A DNA stretch of 64,000 nt, taken from contig CM082577.2 in assembly GCA_040954595.2 (NCBI GenBank), positions 3,720,305 through 3,784,304 on the forward strand. Reading direction: 5' to 3'. Below the pieces are notes generated by a model that saw nothing but the letters and a program-made list of their open reading frames with translations, did no database searches and was not told the DNA's origin. Source of the DNA: Balanoglossus misakiensis (taxonomy: Eukaryota > Animalia > Hemichordata). Made by a program: the position numbers and the translations under genes. This document shows positions 33,588-46,319 of this stretch, one piece after another. Position 1 is the stretch's first letter; each line of letters begins with the position of its first letter.

Positions 33588-33700
33588 AAAATCAGGGGTC
33601 ACCAAAGTAATCTTTGGATTAGAGAACGGGTCAATATGGCATCAGAATGTACATTTATCAATCAACAGAGGAGTCTGAATTCAAAATGGCCGCTAAACCC
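33588..33700 (+). repeat. Diverged fragment related to the MITE at 39348
   Basis: aaaatcaggggtcacc ... gaattcaaaatggccgc resembles aaaattaggggtcccc ... gaattcaaaatggccgc at 39445-39518. Confidence 0.5.
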
Positions 33701-36700
33701 CTTTGTCGACGCCTTTCAAAAAGCGCGTATTTAACAATATGATACTGGGTGGTCTTTTGCTGCTCTTGAATTGGATGGGCAGATTACAGTGGCTATTCTT
33801 TTGTACAAAATATGAAACGTTGTCCCAGAATTCTACTCTGTGTACGGCGGATTTCTATCTCTGTTGATTTACCCTGCGCAAGTCCGGTTTCAGATTGTTC
33901 GGAGGTCGGCGTCAAGGCTATGGCAAGTATCTGCCATAAAAAAGCTCTAAGTGACAGGATAGTGGTGTTTTTAAAGCATTGCGATAAGGTGTGATTGCTG
34001 TAGAAGCATTTTACGGTATCCGCTCCGTCGGGTGTGTGCGGCGATAAGGTCACTGTCGTGGCCAAGTAATGTGACTGTGTGCAATCTTGATAATTTCCTG
34101 AGGCTACTTTTCCAACCTTTAGTTCATGCAAAAACTGTCGACCCAAGTGTGGCGCGTGCACTATGTCCTAAACCAGGTATCGTGTGCAATGGATATCCAT
34201 TGTGTTGCGCATGAGCGTTACCTTGGATACGGCCACAATATTTGATATTTTATCTACATGTTACAAACATTCGACAGGAACATTTTCATGTTTTGATGTC
34301 GATTTTGCTTCTTGTTCTTTAGCATATTAAAGAATGGATGTTTTTATGTCACAACCAGTTCTTGCCCTTGCAGACGGCATCCTGAGTTTTGTTAATCATC
34401 ACGTGTAATGTTGTTTCTATAAATTGCATCACTAAAGTTACACGCATACATTAACATTATGTGAAATCAAATATATCTTAGCTATAGGTAAACAGTGTGC
34501 GTTGTTTGAAACTGCAAATGCAGTGACTTGCGTGGCCTGAGCATAGGTCCATATGGACATAGCACACTATCGATAATTAGGCCTACGGTCTGTCTCGGAA
34601 CGTTACCGAGGTTACTTGCCAATGGCACAAAACAATACACGACACAAAATTAGTGATAATTACGAGACATTTTAACCTTCGCGATATGTTGACTACCCTC
34701 CCCACATGTCCCCCTATCTCCTTTTCCGAGGCGCTTCCAGCCATTGTGCCACACCCAAATGGCCGAATTCACGGGCTTTTAAAACAAATCTCTAATCTCT
34801 ACTGAGATAGCTTCCCCCTACAATCTAATACTTGGCGAATTTAACGCGTTGGGAAAAACAGTTCTGTGGCGATGCCACATAAAAACCGCTCACGTCTGGG
34901 TGGGTTTTTAGTTCATATTTCGCGCAGGTCACGAGTAGTTTTAAAACCCCCAGATAAGATAAAGAACGAAATATGCATATACTATCCACTAAAAAGATAA
35001 CTTAATGGCTTCCTGTATATGGGGGAGTAAAAACTCTGTGAGCGGTATAATAAACACGACATATATTTCCGGAATTTGATTTCAAGGGCTTATCGCGGAG
35101 ACAGTTCACGCGTGAATACGGGAAGATGCTAGGGCCGTCGTGATCTATGCGGGGTCTATACCTTATTTTACGACGTCCATGTATGTTACCAAACACCAGG
35201 AATTAGTGGGCTTACAGGACTAAAACCTATAGCCAGGAGCATCGTTCATTGTGACCTGCATGCGTGGCACGTAGCTAAACCTCAGTGTTTATTACGCGTG
35301 TGGATAGATCAAAGTACTTTGAGATTGGTGGACCTTTGGATATGCTTTTAAAAGATGCATGTACTATCATGACAACCTAAATATGCACAAGCTGGTGAAT
35401 TCGTAAAATAAGTTACTAGCGTTGCTTCTTGCCTGACCGACCATAGTATTTCCGCACCTATTCTCATGAGTACTTTAAAGCCAGACCCAATGTCGGTCTT
35501 GCACCCGAAAAAGACCATATTAAAAGGCATATTGGCATTATACTGTAGAGATTTAGTATTTCATCGCTTATAAATTGCAGACTCGGGCAGATTGAGGTAC
35601 TCGGTTCCACTCTCTCTTCCACCTCGAGTGGTCTACATGAAGCTAACAGTCGTCGGTGGACTCATTCCGACGGTATAAGGTATGGGGTTAACCCTTTATA
35701 GATTACTTAATCGTTCACCAGTGAAGCAATCCTCTAAAAAGGGGTATCTTCCGATTTGAACGTGCGATCGGGTGTCCTTAAGCGTAGCCTCGGCTGTTTG
35801 AAGTTACGTGTACAGTCATTATTTCCGATCATTACACGGCAAGGGCGGCAATTTCGCGCTTTGCACGCCTCTGCTAATCGCGGCTCGAGTGAAACCGAAC
35901 CCTCATTGCAGCGCGCCGCTCGACACCAGAAAACGGGCTTAATTGCCAGATGATCCGCTCTTATGTACAGCTAACCTTTTCCTATTAAACACGCGATGTG
36001 GCTCGGTCGGCTTCGCTCCTGACACACGATGCGAGTTAATAACGTCCACGCCAGCTATTCGATTTCCCCAATAGCCGACCTAATTCCGACCCAGCGCCCA
36101 TCAGGCCAGGCTTCGTTCTGTTTAACGGATAAAGTTGTGAGCCGAGAGAGTTTGGTGGTGTCATTCAAGTGTTGAAAAGGCCAGAGGACACACACAGTCA
36201 CGTACGAGCAGGGGCTGGGGTGAAGTGGTAGCAAAGCGCACGTGTCCACAACCATCCCAAAAAGCTGACTCAGAGTGAGATAGATAGTTTATTTCAACAG
36301 AAAGATGCATTTGACATGACTGGTGCGGACTAGGGAAGTAGTTCTGGTGGAACTAGTCAGTTTGGCTAAGTGAACAAAGTATACTTCGAGTTAAGTTTGG
36401 TTTGTTCGCTCTTTCGTTTGAAATTCACGCGAGGTATTTAGTGATCTCGTGCCTCCTTCAGAATGGTATAACCTGGTTGGCCTTGGTGATGGGGAATCCT
36501 AGAACGCAAGGTGGTGTCGATGCGACGCTGCACCACGATGGGGGATCCTTTAAAAAACAACAACAGACGTTTAACTTGTGATCGCCATTAATATGCTGGC
36601 GATGGCAAGTATACCCGGAAAGCAGAAAGGAGTCTCGCAACTGTCAGGACGAAGTGAGTTGTGTCACACATGTGGGGAAAACCCGAACCGACGTTGATTG

Positions 36701-38538
36701 AATCTCGCGACGGTATTGATGAGTGACCCTCGCATGTGGGTAAAACTTAAGTCATCACTTGTGCATGTGGTACACACGTTATGGTACTCTTTTACGAGTG
36801 ACAATCACCCACAAAGGAAATCTCGACAGACCCCGAGAAAATGTTATTGATGCAGGCAGGGTGTGTGCTCTGACATATGGTTGGAAGTGAGACAGTCTTG
36901 CTACAAATAGCATGTCCGATTCTCCCCGCATCAAATGCATTGATCGGATGAGGGAAAAAAAATCTAAAATATAAACGCTATCCGATACTTCATATTACAC
37001 AAAAGGAATGGTTTTCATCGATGTCAGGTGTTTTTAACTCCCGATATTATCCCAATACACATATTATTAGCCAATATAATACACTGTTCATTGTACGTAG
37101 TACACAACATGCTGGTTCATTTTTTACCAACGCCCATTTAGTCGTACACAGGTATGGTTATGTATATTTTATTATCGCTGTATGTCGCCATCAGTATTGA
37201 TGACCCCGTGACCCGACCTATATTGTGTTTATTATATCGAGAATACTATTAATGCGGAATGACATGTGACGTGTCTGAATAGACGAGCCAAGCCAGTGAG
37301 AACGACAGTGCAGGAAAATGTATTTGATAATTCGGTTAGGTGTACACAGCACGATGAGATGTGAGGGTAGACAGTTAATTGATTCTGTCAACAAATATTA
37401 TTTATTGTTTGCATATCGAACCATTTAAAAATGATTGGCGCCATTCAGCCGAATGATATTTTTTTCCTCCGTAAGGGTATTTTCGTTGCAACGGTTTGAA
37501 ATCGCTTTAAAATCGTGCATTGCAGACATGCTGGCTGTCTGTTATTCTGAGAGCGTAATTAAAAGCGGTCTCGTGACCGTATGGTCAGTAGATCTTTGGC
37601 ATTCGTCGGAAATAGCATCAACAAAATGATGTCAGCAGTTGCAGCCGATTCGTGGACGGAATGAATCAGCGATGGCAAGGCTATATCAATTAATGGCGTC
37701 GATACTTAAAATTCATGTGGATGGAAATGTTGACAAACACCATGCATATGTTTGAATAGTATATATTGTGGGCGATGTGCGATCAGGCATCATTGGAAAC
37801 CGCAAGCGGTCATTATTGTCATGCTGAACAGACGAACGGTTTCTTCGTATATATAAATATCCCTTGGTCATGTCAGGGTTTAATGATGATGTTTAACCCG
37901 CGGTTTATTGTGTTGTTGCCCGAGAGAGAATCGTTTTTTTATTTTCTGTTCGATTCTGAGAAAGGGCTAGACGCTTTGAATTCTTGGGATTCGCGTTACT
38001 AAGTAGCTGCGTGATTGTGATCGAATTCTCGCATCCCAAAGCCACTCTGTGAGTTTTCCAAATAATACTCGCGTTTTCCGTCGGGGTTGGCCAGCTCGAT
38101 TCTATTTCCGAGTTATCGATTCCAACGGAGCGTTTTAGGCAATATTTTAACTCGCGGTCGATATTAGCGATGATATTTGACGCTGGGACGCCACAGACAC
38201 GAAGCCCCTCGTTGAGGAGAATTAGTGGATTCAATTGACATTATTCATATAACTGCAATCTTCCTATAATTGCCTTATCAACCCCCGCATCTCGATTTCA
38301 AACACTAATCGTTAAAACCGTTGTACACCAACGTGACGTTCTGATAAATTATATTTCATTATTTCCACTGATTATTCCGATGATTAGAGAAAGAAAACGT
38401 CCTTTGATTTGTCACATTTTTTTTACCGGGAATGGACTTATCCCCCCGGGCCTCCCCTTTTATTATCAGAATAAGACATCTTCGAGTTCTTACGTTTTCC
38501 AAGAAGGGCCATTGTTCTGACTCAATGGGCAATTCTCG

Positions 38539-38617
38539 CTACCTTAAACAGGTTTCTGCTACCTAGGTGAGTGATAAAAATCGCATATGGGCGACACAAT
38601 TTCAAGATGGCGGATTT
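38539..38617 (+). repeat. Dispersed repeat fragment, copy 2 (matches 2586-2663)
   Basis: tgctacctaggtgagtgataaaaatc is identical in both copies, as is cgacacaatttcaagatggc. Confidence 0.85.
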
Positions 38618-39347
38618 CAGATATGCTTATAACATATGGAATTCCGAAGCAGAAAAAATGCCCTGTGTTGCCACAACGCCACGAGAAGAAGATAACATTC
38701 GGTATTTTGGGCTCTAAGTGAATTTTCAAAGTTTTCACTTAAAGCTCGGCAGCTCAACTACCCTTCGAGGAAAACAAGTACATGTATATAGACGGGATAG
38801 GATTTCAGTACTGAGACCAGGTGGCCTCATCTTCTTGGCGACAGTGTAGTTCTTGCCGATGGAGATGTAATATTAGATGTAGCATATACTCGCGCTTCAA
38901 GTACACAAACGACCAATTGATACGATTTTGGCGGTCAAGTCATGCTTAAAACGACAGGACAAAACCGCTCGGATTTTACGTTTAATTGTGTCCCATGAAC
39001 ACAAATTTTTTTAAAGTCCAGTGTAAGTGTTTTACTGAGCCATGTCAAATTTAAAGGGTCAAAGTAGCCCGGAGATTCCGTAGCGAACGCAACCGAATGC
39101 AATTATGTCGGCATGGGCAATTTCAAAGACTCGGTGGATTTGTCACGCTAAATCTCAAATGCGATCAAAAGTGGACAATTCTGTCTTTAATATCACTATA
39201 TGACACATGTTTCATGGATCGCAAATCAAAGTAAAATTGTGTCCTCGCGCTTTAGGCCGCGTTTGGATTCTATTATCACAGTTCATTTCGATCGCCACAT
39301 CAAATTACAATTCATCACAAGGTACCGCATTTTCTGGTTACTTTTAA

Positions 39348-39727
39348 GGTAGTACACAGTTCGAAAATCAATGTCTTAATAATTTGTCATATTTTGGCGT
39401 ATAGCAACTTGAAATTAGATTATTCTCTCTTAAAATTGAGAATAAAAATTAGGGGTCCCCGTGCAAGATATCGAACGAGAGAGCCAAATTGTCTAAAATT
39501 TGGAATTCAAAATGGCCGCCAATCTCATTGTTCAACTCTATGGCGAAACTAGTGATTTTTGTGTGTATGTGTGTGTGAAACAAGATGGTGAACACCATGT
39601 TTTCTTCTCTGTTTTCGAAAAGACTTTTGACACCCTTTTTGGTGCCCTTTATTAAATGTAGAAAAGAATTGAAACGTTTGCAGACTATCATTTTTTCTGA
39701 AGATCTGTCCCCGAGGTGCATACCACT
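39348..39727. mobile_element. TTAA-flanked non-autonomous DNA transposon (Kolobok-like MITE), 380 bp
   Basis: ttaa|ggtagtacac ... gtgcataccact|ttaa: imperfect TIRs, RR...YY termini and TTAA on both sides. The internal segment recurs inverted at about 51472-51560. Superfamily inferred from termini and TSD only. Confidence 0.65.
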
Positions 39728-42489
39728 TTAAACGAAGGATAGCGGCGACGGAGAGCATATTAAATGAATCGGCACGTACAGATGAGCGCCAGCGTGTCTG
39801 TATATCACCCGTTACATTTCAAAAATCAATCGTGCAGACTCTCACTACATATTTTAACTGAAATGTCCTCGTTTTGATCCACTGAAACGCACATTTAGCA
39901 AACTGTTACATCCACGGTGTTACCGCGGGAGTAGTAACCTTGGAAACCGGTCCGCGCGGGGTTCCCGGAGTGATGAAATTTGCTGACAGGTATAAACCAA
40001 CAAACTGATTTCGAATTGAACACTGTAGCATGTGGAACGTTTTACGCCTGTATAAACGATGATTCACAGAACGCCAGGGAATGTGGTCAAATTCTGTGTC
40101 AGTTTTCAACACATAGATCATATTAATTTTTCTTGTAGAGAACTCACGTCTCAAAAGCGGCAATAAAATGTTGTCAACATTTAATAACTCAGCACTGGGT
40201 CTTAATTTTCAAATCGATATAACATTTGTTCTAATCTCCCGTGACGTTTATTAATTATGCATTTCAATCAAAGCAGTCCTTATTTGACTTTGCATTGATT
40301 CTGCATAAATCTACCTTGTTGGTTATTGTCTCTTTGTTCTTTGACCCAGAAGAAATCATGTTACCATATTCTTTGCTGTGCGGTTGAATAATCTTAACGA
40401 TTAAAAAATTTAACCGTCCTATCGCGTTTCACTTTAAGCTTAAATAAGCAGTTAAAGATTGAGCCGAGGGCGCGAATTGTGCCATATTCGGTATTCGAAA
40501 CTCAAACTGATAGTTTAAGCTTTGATTGGGTATAGTGCAGTGACGAACACACACTCACACAACTCAGCTGTATTTACTCACCAACACATCGTTCGGTCTC
40601 TGATGAAATTTCAAGATCCAAGCTCTCCACCTCGCACCATCGTTATGAGACTCGAACGTTAATAGACTTGGCTATCGTCTGTTTCAATAGTGATGCCCCG
40701 AAGTACAGTCGGCCATGCCTGTTAATTATTGTGTAAGCAACTCCTCTAAATCTATATGTATTGGAAAGCTAAGATGTCACGGGATGCAGCTGTGTTTTTC
40801 TGTCACTGTTTACACTAGAGTCATCTTACAGCAACCTACACATCCACTTTTCCCGCGTTCTATAACATTACTGCAAGATTTCTGATAGAAACTCACGTCG
40901 TGATCACAAGTGATTGATGTAAGCTTTAAAACACGACTCGCTTTCTTTTCTATAGTCTGTAGGCCGTTATTCATGTTATGACACAAACTCTAAATTCTTA
41001 TTTGATACGATAAACATATACAAGACTCTCTGTAGCTCAGACATTTTGTAATGAATGAAGGTTGTAGTAGTTACTGGTGGTGTAAACTTCAACTGTAAAC
41101 TATTGTAACATTTCCAAGAAGTGACTTGTTTGAACTTTTTTATTTGAGATCACGTGACCCTCATGCGCACTTAAAATGTTGATAAAATGTTCATTCTTAG
41201 GTTCTTGTCTGTTGAAAACACACATTGGTTCCCTGTCCGGTTACAATGACCGTTTTTGCAAGGTCATTTTCCTTTCATGGAAACTTACAAGAACAGTCAC
41301 ATTGCCCTAGCATTTTGCCTGCACGCAGTGCCACTTATATTTTGTAAATTCAACCCAATATGATGCAAAGGTATAAAATCCCCATGATAAATTGATTGAA
41401 TATCAACCAGGGACGTGAGTTGAAACTGCATAGAACGATGATTGCTGGGTTTGACTGAATGCGTGTGTTTCATTTTCAATCGATTACCAGATATAGAAAC
41501 AGCTGGTTTCAGCAATACAGGGGCAGTTCACAGTGGCTGGCTCGACCCCGTGTACGCAGTTGGAAGCAGTTAGAACTGTCTGGGCAGACAAAGAAATTTG
41601 CAAACAGCGCAAGATATTTCTTGGTTAATCGAATTGAAATGTACTTGGTGTTGATCTACAGGACGTGACACGACAGACTCGGCGCGCGCTGGTGTACATG
41701 TTCAAACTCTGATGTCATCCTTAAACGCGGAAAGCGTCATCGCTTTCTAATCAATCAGACACTGGGTCATGTGCGTTTGCCTGAAATGGCACCCCATCCC
41801 TTGAAGTTTCCCGACAGTAAAATTATAGCAATCGTGGTAGAATTTTAAAAAGAAGTTGTTGTCTTTTCACTAGACCCCGTCGTTGATTAATCAAGAATAT
41901 CGACACCGCGTTAATTTAACAGCCGCCGTTCAGACAGACCCTAAGAGAACAATTTGCTAATCATATACTGGGAGGGATCTGGCAGGTCAAAGTTGCAAAC
42001 TCCAATCGAGGCAACGTAGATGATGTTTATGTCACGCAAGTCCTCGATTATGACAACAATATCACAATCAGTTTTTTCAATTCAATTAATTTCGTCACAG
42101 CTGCTGTTTTATTGTCGCGGATTAGACGGCACCGGCGTCATTCTCATCAGTCATTCGGCTGATCATTGCAAAACTTTTACATAAATCAAGGAATTTGTCC
42201 TGCAATTAAAAAAGTGTTTCAATGCTTAAACTGTAAGTTATGTGCCCTTATGTCAACTAATTATTCATGTGGCAAATTTATCACATAATTACAAATCTGC
42301 GGATGGCAAGACACATTAGCCTCTTATAATTGTTGAAGTAAAGTGTCAAAGTGCAGGGCATGGTTGAGCGCGCAAATTAAAGGCTGACCAGCGTCTTGTG
42401 TGCGCATGTGCCTAATTTCGTGTGTACAAACATTAAAACCAATCTAAACGTTCTGCACATTTTGTCACAGCTGTCGTTTTATTGTTGTT

Positions 42490-42538
42490 CATTCGTTCAT
42501 TTATTCATTCATTCATTCATCCATCCATCCATCCATCC
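42490..42538. repeat. (TTCA)n/(TCCA)n microsatellite
   Basis: Read directly. Confidence 0.85.
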
Positions 42539-43317
42539 TTTCACCAACAAAATTAAAACCCAGCCTATCTAGACCAATTCTATTTTGATGGTCATGTCTT
42601 ATGTTATACAATATTTAATAAATACAATTAGTTTCCTTTGCTTTCACGGTCTATTTTTTGTGTGATCTACGGACAACGTCACAGCGTCGAGTGGCGGGGG
42701 TATAATCCTCAATTCCCGACTGAAGTATCCGTTACAACGCTCCAAGGATTCCGACCGAGGTTTTGATCCTATCGGAAGATGATCAATCATGTATGACACA
42801 CGGTAACAGGCAGTGTCATCGCTTGATCCTAGAAAAGACGCTTTGCGATGACAATTTATGTTATGTTAGAGTCGTTTATTGGGCACACGTCCGTGCCTTG
42901 CATAACATGGCAGTTGATCAGGTTCAAATTCTGTAAAGGTTATCACTGCTCAGAGCGAAGCTTAACTGTTGGAAGTTATTATCTCTCATGCTCGTCTTTG
43001 CTGTCAGATATTGAGAGAAGTATAATCCTCTCAGTCAAAGCCACTCCATGACGGTGTGACCTTAAACTAGTGTTGTGTAATGAAAGTGGCGCCGTTCTGT
43101 TATTCTTTGTATAAACAGAATAAAGTAGAAAAGTTAAGGTCAACGCCTTTTCCATTAAAGCCTCATGAACTGCCATTTTTTTCATATTACCCCCCCCCCC
43201 CCAATAAAATACTTCAAATCTTCTCCATATCCTCTAAAATCCTCACCATTAAGCCATATTACTTGCATTTTGCCACAGTTTGTCATCTCTTGGCGGCGCA
43301 TACCACGATGGAGGTCG

Positions 43318-43344
43318 ATTAAACGGGTGCGGCACCCGTTTAAT
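43318..43344. repeat. 27-bp perfect dyad
   Basis: attaaacgggtgc-g-gcacccgtttaat (13-bp arms, 1-nt centre). Confidence 0.85.
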
Positions 43345-45499
43345 ATATCACTTGTGGCAATACAGCCAAGAGAGTGGATCGAAAATTGCATGCAAACACC
43401 TTCAACTGGTGCGGACGAAATTAACTTTAAAGTAGATGGATATGATCGCATTGTGGTCGCCAACTATCGATCAGCGAACTGACGCGCGAACAAGATGAGT
43501 CATCATTTCAGATGTTCTTGTTATTTCAATAAGTCGATATGTGTGACATAATGAGGAAAATAATTTTTTTTAGAGACGGCAGCGCACTTCATCGAAGTGC
43601 GTCGTTATTATTACGGACGGCCTTTGATTGGACTCGTTCTACACTTTAATGAACGCAATTTAAATCTCGTTTGTAGCGTCAGCGGAGGGTTTTGGACCCG
43701 CGACCTCTAAGTCCTGGCCTCTCCGAATTCGGTTGGCGAGGCTTTTGTTTGAGACACAAGGAAGACGCGCGCGCTGTGATGAGGAAGCGATTCCGTAATT
43801 AAAAGTTTGCCGGCGTCGCGCGGTGTAATGTTCGCGCTGTACAGATGAACGCCGCGATGCATACGATACATTCACACAGCTAATTTAACGCCCGCGACAG
43901 TGTTATTAGCATTTGACAAGGTCGAATCTTTTCGCAGCTGGAAATTTTTAAAAGCGTGTATCACTTGTTTTCACGGTAAACGCCAATTAGGGTGCTAATT
44001 TGACCCGGAATATCGTGTCCGACCCACGGCACGGGGTTTCCAGAAACCTACACTTAGCAGGAAGCCGTTACTATTTGTAGCGTGTTGACCGCAGACGATT
44101 TCCATAAAGGTCGGCGCACCACGGACTGTCGCGTTTCGAGCTAGCACGAGGTATCATGGATTGTGACACTATTTTGAATTCCAGATAATGACGTAATTTT
44201 GCAGTTTTAACGCATTTCCTGTGTTTTAAAGCCTTGTAACGGGCATCTTTAAACACCGTGAAATAGTAAGAAAACGTACAATGGGCTGGCCTACATAGCT
44301 CCGTGACAGTCAGCTTGCTGGTAAACTTTGCGTCATCGTTTTGGTTCAGATTCGGAACTCTCATTTTTTGCTTTTCTTAGCTTTCCATTTAACTATAGAA
44401 TGATGCCGAATTCTTAGGTCTACCATATGTGCAAGAGTTGAACGTTTTTTTTAATCTTCGTGTTATTCAGAAATCGTTGAAATAACTTGTGAGACTAACA
44501 ACACGTTTTGATTGTCGTGAAACGACTGGGTCGTGTTTCTCGATCGAATAATCTTGTAAAGGCGGTTGTGGCACATTGCATTTATGTTAGATTAACTCGA
44601 CAGATGTTTCTGCGCGAATTGTACGCGCCGAGTTCACGATGACGATATATGGCGTGCCGCCCAACAATGACCTCTGTCGGAACTTCCCCAACCCTCAATC
44701 AAATGCGACGAAATTGAAATAATGAGGACAATGCGAATTGCGGCTGGCGTGTTCTTCGAAGTCCGTGACTTTTCTCCAAAGACCGCGGGGTATGTTAGAT
44801 ATAAGACGAAATCGCCTCGCTGAGCACAGAAGGGAGGGGGGGGGGCGATGTCTGTCTGCGTCAATGAAATATTGAAAGAGCCACTTTCCTGATGTTGCTG
44901 TCACGCAGTCTACCGTTCATGCATCGCGTGGCGCGAAACTCTCATACTCATCGCTACTATAGTCGGGCAAACTGGCCATGATACTCAGTCCACAAATGGC
45001 GATTACACCCTGGTTTTAGAGATAGAGACATAGCAGGTTAGGAATGGGTCATTGCCAAAGGGCCACTAAGACTTCTCGTTCAGTAACGGCTGAAACGATA
45101 TTGCAGAGCTCCGGAATCTTTACGGATGACAAAATACATAATTATTGGCATAGAGTAATGTGTGACATGTACGTGTAAGATGATTGCCGGTTTAATATGT
45201 TAACACATGTTACAAAAATCGAATACCATAGACGTGCACTTGGTTATGATGTAGTAATCGGTTTTGTTAAGCATGCTGGAAATGTAAAAGCTGGCGTGAT
45301 TGTTATTGGCGCTTGGGGCAGCTGAAGGTTCGTGTTTAACTGAAGGAATGCGGATCACTTTCCGGGAATGTTAGCCATGCAAACGACGTTGTCAGAAAGA
45401 AACAACAACCAGCGCTGTCAGGCGGAGAGACGGCATGACGTAAGTTCGGCAGCTCACAAGCGGTGTAGGAAGTTATCACTAGAGAAGCGCGTCGGAGCG

Positions 45500-45513
45500 G
45501 TAACCATGGCAAC
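45500..45513. promoter_or_regulatory. RFX X-box
   Basis: GTAACCATGGCAAC fits the 14-bp X-box consensus GTHNYY-AT-RRNAAC. It lies in a CpG-rich patch with TGACGTAA at 45436. Confidence 0.45.
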
Positions 45514-46305
45514 ATTGCTTTTTTTCCTCCGGATTATCACCGCGACCTTAAGATCCAAGATCATGCATATACCTTGTAAAATTTATACTCTCTTACAAAA
45601 GTAAATTGCATACGTGTTCCATCGGGGGCAAAAAACTGTCAATGCAAACGTGGTGCGTGTTAGCATTACATTTTGTACTTTCGGTTAATACATGTTTGTT
45701 GATGTTTCAATGCGCCTCGCGAACTATTCAATCCGATTGAAGACACTGGCGACAGCTGCCAAGATGTTCACATCAAAATGAGAGGGGCGCAGTCTTTCAT
45801 GTGCGAAGGCAGGAGAATGAACAAAATGAAAACACCTATATATATATCACTGGATGGATCAGAGTCTTGACCAAGGCACTGGTTGTTTATCGTCTCTGGA
45901 TTCTACTGTGAGAGTGTAGCTTTTTGTGATGAGTACTTAGACGCGGCTGCAATCGCGTTGTGGGATGATATAAATGCGCGCTATTTTCTCCGCAGACGTG
46001 CATATCTTTCAGGAAGGGGAACACTCCGAGAAATATGGAAGACTGAACGCCCAGAAATGACTTCAATTCATTGATATTTTAGAGACTATACTGCATCTAG
46101 CAGCATTTTCACGGATATTGATTCTGTCAAAGAGTTAAAATAGAATTTTCAATAACTGCATTGTAGTCTTAAAATGCAGGCATACAGCCTGTAGCGATGG
46201 AAACGGTATTGCCATACACAGTTTACAAAAATAACACGCCAGACAATATGTGACGAGGTAGCTTTTCCCCCCAGAATTTAACCATCGTAAAGAGCGGGGT
46301 ATTGG

Positions 46306-46319
46306 GTTGTCATGGTTAC
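46306..46319. promoter_or_regulatory. Second RFX X-box
   Basis: GTTGTCATGGTTAC (reverse complement GTAACCATGACAAC), one base from the site at 45500. Confidence 0.4.

Noticed and set aside
43685-43742. tRNA/SINE-like 3' half on the minus strand (gaggtcgcgggtccaaaaccc)
   Set aside because: B-box is mismatched, no A-box and no cloverleaf can be drawn.
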